Of a DNA stretch of 64,000 bases, positions 10,390 through 20,135 are shown in pieces. Made by a program: the position numbers and the translations under genes. This DNA comes from Trueperaceae bacterium (GTDB lineage: Bacteria; Deinococcota; Deinococci; Deinococcales; Trueperaceae), in assembly GCA_965215565.1 (NCBI GenBank), contig CBDCDZ010000004.1, positions 352,001 to 416,000 of the forward strand, in the 5' to 3' direction. How positions within the stretch are numbered: the stretch's first letter is position 1; each line of letters starts with the position of its first letter. Under the pieces are notes generated by a model. The model did not search any database. It saw only the letters and a program-made list of their open reading frames with translations, and had not been told where the DNA came from.

Positions 10390-10760
10390 TTACAGGGCGC
10401 TCTGGAGCGGCTGGAGTCATGTGAGGTCTCCTCGAGGATGAGCTTCATTGAATACGGACGTCTTTTGCACGGCTGCGGTGCGGTGTCAAGGTGTGGCTGA
10501 GCACATTGCGGTTTAGCGAGACACCCGAATATAGGTGCGTTATATCATGGGGCGACTCGAGTCGTCCTCACCTTCGAATCAGCTACCCTTACACGAGAAA
10601 CCGCCCATGAAACAAAAAAATCACAAGCAGAAGTATTGTGAAATAAATCATTTACAGAGTACGCTCGAATTAGCTCCGAGTCAAACTAAAAACAAATTAA
10701 GTCAGGAAGTTGTAGCTATCCTTAGAGTGTGTACCAATTGCGTAGTTTGCCGTTAGGAAA

Positions 10761-11082
10761 CGATGTTCTTATAAGTAAGAGCGTTGCTTCGCTTCTCCCG
10801 AAGGTGCGCGAAGCCTCCGTCAGGAAGGGCTTGCGCGTTAGCCAACGAAGTTACGCAAACGAAGTTTCCCTTTCGCATACAGGTGATCGCTGAACAGGTG
10901 AAGGCTAAGAGCCTAGTGAGCTTTGCTCTAACCTGAGGTGAAGGCTAAGAGCCTAGTGAGCTTTGCTCTAACCTATGCGAACGGTTTTCAACCGTAACCT
11001 GTGCGAAAACGGCGTGACCGGGAATGGCTTCGATCAAGCTGACCAGATGATTGCGCGAAGCTTTACGAAGTAACCTGCTATA
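10761..11082. repeat. Expanded MITE copy filled with nested mini-elements, including a 39-bp unit repeated in tandem (10896-10934, 10936-10974)
   Basis: Shares GATGTTCT..AGTAAGAG.GTTGCTTCGC and AAGCTGACCAGATGAT..ACCTGCTA with 8160-8227; left end not defined. Confidence 0.75.
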
Positions 11083-11233
11083 TAGAGCGAAATCACCGGC
11101 GATTCGCACGTTCCCAGAGACACGTCCCGAGAGAGCAGGAACGAATCTTGCAGGAGTGCTCAACTGTCCAAACCTCTCTGCTGCAGTTGAGCCGCCCAGG
11201 AGGTTGTGCGGGGTTCGCTCTTTCGGAAGAGCG

Positions 11234-12250
11234 CTAGCGCACCTCGAGCCCTAATTCGATCAGCCGCGTGATCAGCTCTCTATAGGGCAAACCCGTCGCT
11301 TCCCACAACTTGGGGTACATGCTCGTCGCCGTGAAGCCCGGCATGGTGTTGATCTCGTTGAGGTAGAGCGTGCCGTCTGCCAAAAAAAAGTCCACGCGCG
11401 CGAGCCCCGCCGCGTCCACCGCGCTGAACGCCTCTTTCGCAAGCTGCTGACAGCGCGCGGCTGTGGACCCGCCAAGGCGCGCGGGAATGTCTAACTGGGC
11501 GCAGCCTTCGGTGTATTTCGTCTCGTAGTCGTAGAAGTCGCCCCCGAAACGAATCTCGCCGACGACGCTCACCTCGGGCGCGTCGTTGCCGAGCACGCCA
11601 ACTTCCAGCTCGCGCGCGCCAGTGAGCCCTACCTCGACGACGACGCGCCGGCCATACCGCGCCGCGAGGGAGAGCGCCGCGCGCAAACCCGCCTCGTCCT
11701 CCGCTCTGCTGATACCCACCGACGAGCCCAGATTGGCGGGTTTGACGAATAGGGGATAGGGGAGACCCTGCAGGGTGCGCAAGACCTCTTCGGGGCGCTC
11801 CAGCCAGGCGCGCCGGTCAACGCCCCGGTAAGGCACCTGCGGCAAGCCGTGGGCGGCGAAAACCGCTTTCATCATCAGCTTGTCCATGCCGACGGCGCTG
11901 CCTAGCACGTCTGAGCCGACGAAGGGGAGCCCCATCAGTTTGAGGAGACCCTGGACGCTGCCGTCTTCGCCCAGAGGACCATGCAACAGGGGAAAAACGA
12001 CGTCGAACGCGCCAGGATCGAGGTGTTGAAGTGACTGCCCGGCTATCTCACGCGCATCTAGACGCCCATCCGAGCCGAGCGCCCGAGCCGAAACGTCGGC
12101 TGGCAGTAGCCGCCCCGCTCTGTCGATGACCAGAGGCGTCACTGCGAAGCGCCCACCCGCCGCCGCCACCACAGAACGCGCCGAGGCGAGCGACACCTCG
12201 TGCTCCTCGGACTGACCGCCGCAGAGGAGGAGCACCCTGGGTTTAGCCAC
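11234..12250 (-). CDS. ddl: D-alanine--D-alanine ligase
   Basis: GGQSEEHEVS, HGPLGEDG, GSSVG, FYDYETKY and NEINTMPG motifs. Confidence 0.98.
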   Translation of the reverse strand: MAKPRVLLLCGGQSEEHEVSLASARSVVAAAGGRFAVTPLVIDRAGRLLPADVSARALGSDGRLDAREIAGQSLQHLDPGAFDVVFPLLHGPLGEDGSVQGLLKLMGLPFVGSDVLGSAVGMDKLMMKAVFAAHGLPQVPYRGVDRRAWLERPEEVLRTLQGLPYPLFVKPANLGSSVGISRAEDEAGLRAALSLAARYGRRVVVEVGLTGARELEVGVLGNDAPEVSVVGEIRFGGDFYDYETKYTEGCAQLDIPARLGGSTAARCQQLAKEAFSAVDAAGLARVDFFLADGTLYLNEINTMPGFTATSMYPKLWEATGLPYRELITRLIELGLEVR

Positions 12251-12516
12251 GCCGACCTCTCACGGGCAACCTTAAATTCGTGTGTAAGTTACACATACTT
12301 TCAGCTTACGCTGCTCAAAGGTGAGAGTCAAGCGTCGCATACCTTCTCGATTTACAACGTCGTTTTTTTAGATCGGTATTGCTCAACCTCTTCTTTGCAC
12401 GGTTAGCCTTACTTAGGCGAGAGGGTGCGCGGCGTAGGGGCACGCAATTTACCACTGTATGAATCGCCCTTGCTTAAACATTAGCGTTTCGCATTTCAAC
12501 GTGCATAATAGAGGAC

Positions 12517-13713
12517 ATGGCCCTGTTTCAGTCCACGTCTCAACCTCTTTCCGAAGTGCTCCGAGAGATTCACGCTGCGCCGCATCTAGGCGTCATTCGT
12601 TTCGCGGGGGCGGGGGCGCAGGCGCTCGCGTGGCTGCACAGCGTGGGGGGGTCCTCGAGGACCCTCTTAGAGGCGACGGACCACTACGCCGCCGCCTCGC
12701 TCGTCCAGGCCGTGGGCTTCGAGCCGGAAAGTTTCGCCTCCGAGCGCGTCGCGCTCGCGTTAGCGAAGAGCGCCTACCGCCGGGCGCAGGTGCTCGCCCC
12801 GGACGCCCCGGTGTTCGGCCTCGGCTGCGCCGCGAGCATCGCCACGGACAGACCCAAGCGCGGCGAGCACCGCGCGTTCGTCGCGTCGCGCAGCCCTTTG
12901 GGTACGTCTTCTTACGCACTCACGTTCACCAAGGGTGCTTTGACCCGCCAGGGCGAGGAGCGCCAGGTGAGCCTTCTCACGCTGCAGGCGTTGGCGAACG
13001 TGTGTGGTTTGCAGAACGCGGACGTCGCCCGCCTAGAGCACCCCGAGTCGGAGCATCCCGAGTCAGAGCGTCCTGAGTTAGAGTACCCCACGCCCCAGTT
13101 CGAGCCCGCGCCCGCGTTGCAGCGGCTGCGTTCGGGCGAGGTATCTTGGGTGAGCGTTGACCCGAACGGGCACCTGCAAGTAGCGAAGAGCGTAGCGGAG
13201 GGGCTCGCGCTTCTCTCCGGCTCATTCAACCCGCTGCACGAGGGGCACAAGGAATTGGCGGACACCGCTTCGGCGCATCTAGGTCAGCGCGTCCAGTTCG
13301 AGCTACCCCTCGTCAACGCTGACAAAGCGCCTATCGACCTCTTTGAAGCGAGCCGCCGCGCGGCGCAGTTCGCCGCTTACGCGCCCCTCATCTTGACGCG
13401 CGCGCCGCTATTTCAGCAAAAAGCTGACCTCTTTCCCGAAAGCACCTTCGTCGTCGGTGTGGACACCGCCATGCGCCTGGTTGCGCCGCGTTTCTATGGG
13501 GGCGAAGCGGCGATGGAGAATGCCCTAGATACCCTAACGGCGACCGGCTGCCGCTTCCTGGTAGCGGGGCGAGAGCGGCAGGAAGCGGGCGACGCGCGCT
13601 TTCTTACTCTGCACGACATCAACATCCCCCGCGCTTATAGGGCGCTCTTTAGCGCGCTACCGGAATCGGTCTTTCGGCGCGACATCTCATCGACTACGTT
13701 GCGCGCCAAATAA
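12517..13713 (+). CDS. CinA-like N-domain fused to an HxGH nucleotidyltransferase (NadD-like) domain
   Basis: G.SRTLLEA, ATDRPKRG.HR; GSFNPLHEGH, NADK, VVGVDT and DISST motifs. Confidence 0.8.
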   Translation: MALFQSTSQPLSEVLREIHAAPHLGVIRFAGAGAQALAWLHSVGGSSRTLLEATDHYAAASLVQAVGFEPESFASERVALALAKSAYRRAQVLAPDAPVFGLGCAASIATDRPKRGEHRAFVASRSPLGTSSYALTFTKGALTRQGEERQVSLLTLQALANVCGLQNADVARLEHPESEHPESERPELEYPTPQFEPAPALQRLRSGEVSWVSVDPNGHLQVAKSVAEGLALLSGSFNPLHEGHKELADTASAHLGQRVQFELPLVNADKAPIDLFEASRRAAQFAAYAPLILTRAPLFQQKADLFPESTFVVGVDTAMRLVAPRFYGGEAAMENALDTLTATGCRFLVAGRERQEAGDARFLTLHDINIPRAYRALFSALPESVFRRDISSTTLRAK

Positions 13714-13883
13714 GCGTGGCTCAGCAAATATATGAAATAATATGTTCACGAGCCTGACTATTGTGAAATATTTCTAAAGCTAGTCGATGTGCCCTGAAGA
13801 ATTTTTGAGGACATAAGCACTTTGCCAGCTTGCAAAAGAGTCATCAACCGCATTGGCGGGTTAGTGGGAACGCTCGGAAGTCG

Positions 13884-14420
13884 TCAGCGCGACGTGTGAG
13901 GCGGCTCGGCGGCTTCGAGCAAACTGAGGGCGTTAGAGCCGTAGACGCGCCTGTCGCATCCGGCGAGGAGCGGCAGCGCCGAGCCCGCCGGATGCTGAAA
14001 GATATAGAGGTCTCTCGCCGCGCCCGACTCAGAAATCTGCTGAAAAATCCCCCCCAAGTCTAGCGGGTAGGGAGGTGCGGCAAAGACGATATCGTACGCT
14101 CCGGGGTGCTGCCGCGCGAAGCGGAGCGCGTCGCCCTGCACAACCTCTACGCCCAGCTTGATGTTCCGCGCATTTTTGCGGATCACGCCTGCCGCCTCGC
14201 GACTCACGTCGACACACGTCGCCTCCCAACCTCGCGAAGCTGCCTCTAAACCCACCGCGCCCGAGCCGCTATAGAGGTCTAGAAATGATCCTCTAGGGTG
14301 AAAGCCGAGGATGTTAAAGAGCGCTTCGCGCAGCCGTGAGGGGCTAGGGCGGGTGCCGCGCTTAGGCGTCTCGAGCACCCGCCCCTTCGCCGCGCCGCCG
14401 ATGATACGAGGTTGAGCCAT
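13884..14420 (-). CDS. rsmD: RsmD-family rRNA methyltransferase
   Basis: RIIGG..KGR, TRP, REALFNIL, DLYSGSGAVGLEAASRG and APPY motifs. Confidence 0.93.
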   Translation of the reverse strand: MAQPRIIGGAAKGRVLETPKRGTRPSPSRLREALFNILGFHPRGSFLDLYSGSGAVGLEAASRGWEATCVDVSREAAGVIRKNARNIKLGVEVVQGDALRFARQHPGAYDIVFAAPPYPLDLGGIFQQISESGAARDLYIFQHPAGSALPLLAGCDRRVYGSNALSLLEAAEPPHTSR

Positions 14421-14546
14421 CGCCAGAAAGTGTACCGCTCAAGTTGCTTTGGGTAAGCGTGCTAGGTAACGTGCTGAGCAGTGGGCGTGAAGTGAGCGAA
14501 AGCACAAAAATTTCACAAGCAAAAGTGTTGTGAAATAATTCTTATT

Positions 14547-15824
14547 TTACGCGCCCCGCGCTCGTCCCATCGCAGCAGCGTCGTTGAGGAGAATGGCCGC
14601 CGCCTTTTCGCCACTTTCCATCGCGCCCTGCACCGAACTCATGCTCGTCGCTTCGGACGCGATGAGCACATTAGGTAGCGGGGTGGTGTGCCCTAAAAGG
14701 GTGGCGCTAAAGCCCGGCGGCTGAGCGAACTGGGCGTAGGGGAGACGTAGGACGCTGAGTAGGCGCAAGGTGTCAGCGCCTTTGTACCAGCGCCCTAACT
14801 CACCCTTGACGGCGCGCGCTAGCGCGTCGTCTGAAAGCTCGCTCAGCCCCAATACCGTGACCGCCAAGAGGTGCTGTCCCGCTGGCGCAAGCTCGGGGTT
14901 CGTGTTGCTGCTCCACAAGGCGTTGTTGATGAGCCCGTCCTCCGCGTTTAAGAGTAGGCGTGGCTCGGCGCTCAAGACCTGATCGGTCGCGAAGTAGAGA
15001 TAGGTGCTCGTTACTGCGCGCCCCTTCGCTGCGACGCCTGTGAGCCGCCGCAACGTGGGCGGGTCCGCCGCGACGATGACGCGCTCCGCTCGGAATATCT
15101 CACGGTCCGTGTGGAGCGTGACGCCACCTTCGGCCGCCTCTAGGCGCGCGACGCGAGTGCTGAGCTGCAGCTCGAGCCCCTCCGCGAGCTGCGCCGTCAC
15201 CGCCCCGATGCCGCGTCGCGGCACCGCGATCTGACCGTCCATGAGCATCCGAAAGTAGTAGCGAAAGAGCCGCGCGCTCGTGGTCAAGTCACGGTTGAGA
15301 AAGATGCCGCCGAAAAAGGGGGCGAAAAAGCTCCCTACCGCACGCTCTGAAAAGCCTTTTCGCCGCAGGTACGCGAGCGCGGTCTCGTCGGCTCCTTGCA
15401 GAAGCGTATGCGCACCCCCTAACTTGAGCGAGGCGGCGAGCCGGGCGACGCGCAGCTTATCACGCGGGGTCAAAACTGCCGTGCTCAGGGTCGAGGGCAG
15501 GCTGCGGGGGTCACGTAGCGGATCGCCGAGCGCGTCACGCTCACGCCCCCGGTGGACGACTGCAGCCGGGGGCAGGGGGACGAGGTCCAAGCGTTTCAGG
15601 TCAAGGTGACGCTTGACCGCTGGGTACGCTGTAAAAAGGACCTGAAAGCCCCGGTCCAAAGTGAACCCGGCAACAGTTGCCGAGCGCACGCGGCCACCTA
15701 CAGAAGGTTCAGCCTCGAGCACCTTCACTCGGACGCCCGCCGAGCACAACACTTTAGCCGCCGTCAGACCTGCCAACCCCGCACCTACGATGGTAACGTT
15801 CATACCGCCGAGTTTAGCGCTCAT
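14547..15824 (-). CDS. FAD-dependent oxidoreductase (amine oxidase/phytoene desaturase-like)
   Basis: GAGLAGL, GGRVRS, LDRGFQV and GAMESG motifs. Confidence 0.9.
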   Translation of the reverse strand: MSAKLGGMNVTIVGAGLAGLTAAKVLCSAGVRVKVLEAEPSVGGRVRSATVAGFTLDRGFQVLFTAYPAVKRHLDLKRLDLVPLPPAAVVHRGRERDALGDPLRDPRSLPSTLSTAVLTPRDKLRVARLAASLKLGGAHTLLQGADETALAYLRRKGFSERAVGSFFAPFFGGIFLNRDLTTSARLFRYYFRMLMDGQIAVPRRGIGAVTAQLAEGLELQLSTRVARLEAAEGGVTLHTDREIFRAERVIVAADPPTLRRLTGVAAKGRAVTSTYLYFATDQVLSAEPRLLLNAEDGLINNALWSSNTNPELAPAGQHLLAVTVLGLSELSDDALARAVKGELGRWYKGADTLRLLSVLRLPYAQFAQPPGFSATLLGHTTPLPNVLIASEATSMSSVQGAMESGEKAAAILLNDAAAMGRARGA

Positions 15825-16176
15825 TCATCCCCGCGTTTTGACCTGGCGCTGCACAGCCACATCTCTAAGTAACCTGAGTCCGAGGTTTTTCCAGGAGTGC
15901 TTTTCCGTCTCTGATGCGCTTCCTTTCACAAGAGCAAGGCGTACCCGTTGTTCAAACGCCCAAACATTATCGAAAAACGGTGGAACCGCAATCTCGAGAA
16001 GGTCGTCAGCCACCGAAAGTGTAGGATTCGCGTGCCTGACATGAAAGTAACTCCGAACTCAGGTTAAGTAGCCTAAAGAGGCGTGCGCAGGGTCTTCACT
16101 CAATTGAGGAGTGGTCTACACCTTCCTACGCCCGAAGTCTCTTCAAACAAGGAACATATCACCCTGCATAAGAGGT

Positions 16177-17361
16177 TCACGTCTGCGGGTAGACCCGCCC
16201 CTGCGCGCCGCTGTAGCGTGAACTCGGGCGGATCAGCTCGTCCTCGCCGCGCTGCTCTAAGACGTGCGCGGTCCAGCCGCCGACGCGGGCGAGCGCGAAA
16301 ACGCAGGAGAAGAGTTGGGCGTCTAAACCCACGCCGTGTAAGACGAGCGCCGTATAGAACTCGACGTTCGTCTGCAAGTTGAGGTTCGGCTTGTGCGCTT
16401 TAAGGGACCGTAAAACAACCTCTTCAACAGTTTTGGCGTCGCTGTAAAGTTGCGCGTCTCTCTCGGCGAAGAGCGTATCCGCTGCGCGGGCGAGCACGTC
16501 TGCGCGCGGATCGCGCACCCGGTAGACGCGGTGACCGAAACCCATGATGCGCTCCTTTTGCGCCAACCTCTCTCGCACCCAAACCTCGGCTTCTTGCGCG
16601 ATACTCTCCTGCGACGCTTCAGCGCGGCGCTGAATCTCGAAGACCATGTCCATCGCCGGCCCCGGCGCGCCGCCATGCAAAGGACCCTTGAGCGCGCCGA
16701 TCGCGCCCACCACCGCCGAGACCAAGTCCGAGCGGGTGCTAGCGATGACGCGCGCTGTGAATGTGGAGTTGTTCACGCCGTGGTCAACGACGGTGTTGAA
16801 GTACGTCTCTAAAGCGCGCGCCGCCGCCTCTGCAGGTTCCTCGCCGCGCAGCATGTAGAGGAAGTTAGCGGCGTGAGACAAATTCGCTCGCGGCTCTATG
16901 GGCCCCTGCCCTAACCGCAAGCGCCAATAGGCGGCGAGGACGCTCGGCAGCGCGGCGATGAGGTGCACAGCGCGGCGCACCTCGGCGGGTTTCGAGAGGT
17001 CAGACGTCGCCTCGTCGCTGAGGCTCAAGGTGTCCGCCCCGAGGCGCAGCGCGTCCATAGGCGGCAGTGTACGCTCGGCTGCGCGCCGCAACACGCTGAG
17101 CGTCGGTTCGCTCAGCGTGCGCCGCGCCGTCAGTTCACGTTTCAGTTCGAGCAGCTCTGCTCCGGAAGGTAAGCGGTCGTTCCACAGTAAGAAGAGCACC
17201 TCTTCGAAGCTCGCCTGAGGTGCGAGGTCCTCTACTGGGAAGCCGCCAATGAGCAGGCTACCCGCCTGACCGTCAACCGAGCTGAGCCGAGTTTCACAGA
17301 AGATGACGCCCCTCAAGCCGTGAGCGACGTGCTGCGCGTTTGTCGTCTTTGCGTTCATCAT
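16177..17361 (-). CDS. Citrate synthase / 2-methylcitrate synthase family
   Basis: DHG.N.ST, GPLHGGA, GFGHRVY..DPR and NVEFY motifs; RBS AAGGAG before ATG. Confidence 0.93.
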   Translation of the reverse strand: MMNAKTTNAQHVAHGLRGVIFCETRLSSVDGQAGSLLIGGFPVEDLAPQASFEEVLFLLWNDRLPSGAELLELKRELTARRTLSEPTLSVLRRAAERTLPPMDALRLGADTLSLSDEATSDLSKPAEVRRAVHLIAALPSVLAAYWRLRLGQGPIEPRANLSHAANFLYMLRGEEPAEAAARALETYFNTVVDHGVNNSTFTARVIASTRSDLVSAVVGAIGALKGPLHGGAPGPAMDMVFEIQRRAEASQESIAQEAEVWVRERLAQKERIMGFGHRVYRVRDPRADVLARAADTLFAERDAQLYSDAKTVEEVVLRSLKAHKPNLNLQTNVEFYTALVLHGVGLDAQLFSCVFALARVGGWTAHVLEQRGEDELIRPSSRYSGAQGRVYPQT

Positions 17362-17366
17362 GCTCC

Positions 17367-18005
17367 TTAATCTGCGCCTGCGGGAAAAGCAGGCGTGTTC
17401 ATCCATAGAGGTGTAAAGGAGGAGGCGGTGTGAGCCACCTTGTGGGTAGCGAAGAGGGACTCGAGCAGCGCGGGCTCAATCAGGGTGGCGACGTAGTTTT
17501 GGCGTCTATAAGAGGTTGGGGTTGCGGGTACGAAGTTCAGCGCTTGCCCGAACAGCGCTCTCGCTTTTCGGGCGAGCAATGCGGCTTGCGCTGCGTCACC
17601 CGCGAGCACCGCGACGCATGGCGCTCGCTCAGTCATAACCGCCTTAGTCGCAGCGTGCGCACCGATAAGCTGAAGCGTGTCATTGGTGTCCAGCCCTAAA
17701 GCGCAAATTTGCTCCGCAATCCCTGCGCTCAAATGAACAGCCAGCACCTCTTGCGTATCAATAGGGGGCTTAGCGGCTACCCGCGTTCCGGCGCGCCGCC
17801 GCTGCATTAGGTAGCCCTGCGCCTCTAAAGCCCGGTAAGCCGCAGCGACGGTGTTGTAATTCGTGTTTGTCGCCGCCGCTAAGGTTTGCACCGTCGGTAA
17901 GAGGTCATGAGGCGCAAGCTCGCCCGTGATGATGCGCACGCGGATGTGGGCTTGGAGTTGATCCCCTAGAGGAACCGGACTCTTTTTGTCGAGGGTAACG
18001 TCCAT
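17367..18005 (-). CDS. GntR-family regulator (YtrA-like HTH)
   Basis: LPTV..LA....NYNTVAAAYRALE..GY...RRRAGT wHTH. Confidence 0.88.
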   Translation of the reverse strand: MDVTLDKKSPVPLGDQLQAHIRVRIITGELAPHDLLPTVQTLAAATNTNYNTVAAAYRALEAQGYLMQRRRAGTRVAAKPPIDTQEVLAVHLSAGIAEQICALGLDTNDTLQLIGAHAATKAVMTERAPCVAVLAGDAAQAALLARKARALFGQALNFVPATPTSYRRQNYVATLIEPALLESLFATHKVAHTASSFTPLWMNTPAFPAGAD

Positions 18006-18190
18006 ATCTTATATTAACTGCTATACTAGTTGAAATCAACCGTTCATATCTCATTTAATCCCAGTACAAACAGAGTTTTTGAGTCTTATTTCTACTGCAT
18101 AAATAGCACAAATACAATTGGTATAGGGAGTTTTACAGGTTTGACTCGAGTCATATTAGCCACAAGTACAGCCAAAAAGCTCACAGACGC

Positions 18191-18220
18191 TTGACAGCGC
18201 TCTAAAAGCACCGTTATAGT
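18191..18220 (+). promoter_or_regulatory. tRNA promoter
   Basis: TTGACA-18 bp-TATAGT. Confidence 0.8.
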
Positions 18221-18236
18221 TTTCTTTGCGCTGCGC

Positions 18237-18312
18237 GGGGCCTTAGCTCAGCTGGGAGAGCACCTGCTTTGCAAGCAGGGGGTCATCAGTTCGAATCTGA
18301 TAGGCTCCACCA
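18237..18312 (+). tRNA. tRNA-Ala(TGC)
   Basis: 76 nt GGGGCCT...AGGCTCCACCA with G3:U70, anticodon arm CCTGC-TTTGCAA-GCAGG, TTCGAAT loop, encoded CCA. Confidence 0.98.
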
Positions 18313-18336
18313 TTAGAAAAGCGCGTCAGAAACGTA

Positions 18337-18380
18337 GGAAACCGGAATGCTTAAATGGCGTTCCGGTTCTCTTTTTGTTT
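18337..18380 (+). terminator. Intrinsic terminator after the tRNA
   Basis: AACCGGAATGC...GCGTTCCGGTT stem followed by a T-rich run. Confidence 0.7.
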
Positions 18381-18427
18381 GATTTACTACTACGCCACTA
18401 CTAAAGGCTATAAACCGAGTCAACACA

Positions 18428-19500
18428 CTACGTCTCGTCACGTGATGGCGTAATACCAGGCACAACTTCAACAGCCTCGTCTTCAGCGAAGTGCGTGTAG
18501 ATGTCTAAGGTCATACTTGGTCTCGAGTGTCCCAATAGTCCCGAAGCTGTTTTGAGAGGGACGCCCGCGTAGTGCAAATTCGTTGCGAACATATGCCTCA
18601 AATCGTGTAAATTTGCGCGAGGAATCTGCGCCTTGTCCTGCAATACCTGCCAAGTGCGCGTTAAGTTACGGTGGCTGATAGGCGTGTTGGTTACAGACGT
18701 GAATATGAGATTATGGATAGGCGCATCTGCTCCTAAAGCGCATGACTCTTGCCGCTGAACCTTTTGGTAAATGTAGAGTGCAGCGAGAACGTCATCAGGT
18801 AAGCCGAGCCGCCGCTGGCTCGAACGTGTTTTCAGGGGCGCAAGTTGTCCGTCACGCCCTAGCTGATAGGTCACTCTAAAGACATTACCGGATAGGTCGT
18901 CCTACCTCAACCCGAGGAGTTCACCCTGCCGTAAGCCGGTAGCGAGGGCTAGTGTGAAGAGTGCGCATAGTCGATGAGCCTGGAGAGAGGCGAGGATACG
19001 TTGCTTATCTTCGCTGCTCCAACTGATTGGTGTTCGAGGTGTTTCAGGAAAGGGTTTGGTGGCGCTCACCGGATTGCGGTGGATCAGCTCGAGATCGTAG
19101 GCGTCGTTAAGCGCGTTGAGTAAAACGGCGCGACACTGGTTAGCAGAACGTGTCCCGACCTCGTCAGCAAGTGTTCCTATTGCGGCGCGAACTTCTTGAG
19201 GGGAGCGCGCGACGAGCTTTGAGCGTCCTAGTACGCGAGATAGATAATGAACGTTACGTGTATAAGTTTCAGCCGTTCTAGGGCGTATACTGCGCCGCTT
19301 ATAGGTCAGCCACTCCTCCAAATACTCGTTGAGAGTTCGTGTACTCCCGTTGTAAGTACCTTGCTTCACTTGCTGCTTTAGGTTATCTAACTTCTGAGCA
19401 ACTTCTTACCGCGTCTTCCCGTAAACGAACTTGGGGTTTTCGGCCCAACCCCTCGAAAAGGTACATTTCAGAGCTAGCGCAGGGACTCTATAACCGCGTC
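18428..19500 (-). pseudogene. Phage/ICE-type tyrosine integrase beside tRNA-Ala, inactivated
   Basis: TGLRQGELLGLR then in-frame TAG at 18902-18904; HDLRH and LGHS..MTLDIY downstream; 5' end degraded and abutting an IS5 remnant. Confidence 0.9.
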
Positions 19501-19517
19501 CAGGTCTCTACCCTCTT

Positions 19518-20135
19518 AGAGGGTGTCTGGGAAGGGTCTATCTCTTGGATTTTGCGAGCCTTGTCAACATCGAACGTACCATAGCAGCGTAGATCAAGGC
19601 TTCACTACTTTGGGGCAGGCGCTCGTAGTCTTTGCTGTGGCGTCTATGACGGCTAATCCCAGGTTAGGTACATCGTGCCAGCACTCGAACGGGCAAAGCC
19701 CGCCCCTTCGGGGCTAGTTCTCTGTGATGCTCACCTGTACAAAGGTTCTTTCTACCACCTAGCGTCTAGGCAAGACCTTAAAGGTGCGGTTGCCCTTGAG
19801 CATAGCAAGTTGTTCAGGCGTGAGTTCTTGTCCTTCGGGAAGCCAAAAGCCTCGGATGCCTGCGTAAGCATGTTGCACAATCTCGATGGTCCAGCCTAAG
19901 GAGTCCGTGACCCACTCTTGGAAGGTGCGCTCCCCCGTCAATAAAGAGGTGGCGAAGTCTACCGAAGCGCCCCTGTAGTGCTTCAAGCAGTTGCTCGCCT
20001 CCGGCTGGGTCACTGATGTTGGCGGCAAGCACAAGTACGCCCAGAAGTAGCCCTTGCGTATCAACCAGGATGTGTCGCCGTCGCCCTTTAACTTTCTTGC
20101 CCCCATCGCACCCTTTGACGCCGCCTGCTTCAGTG
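19518..20135 (-). mobile_element. IS5-family transposase remnant (3' half)
   Basis: GKKVKGRRRHILVDTQGLLL, KVLPRR*VVERTF and RRHSKDYE in broken frames. Confidence 0.88.
19661..19736 (-). mobile_element. 39-bp AGGTGA...TAACCT element with a nested 37-bp CTCGAAC...GTTC element (19684-19720)
   Basis: Interrupts the IS5 frame after ERTF; removing the inner element restores a perfect AGCATC-ACA-GATGCT hairpin. Confidence 0.8.

Noticed and set aside
10896..10974. Mini-CRISPR from the tandem 39-bp repeat
   Set aside because: Only 1 nt separates the copies, and the unit belongs to the dispersed micro-element family.
15825..16013. 62-aa ORF upstream of the FAD oxidoreductase
   Set aside because: No recognisable motif or RBS; cannot support it as a gene.
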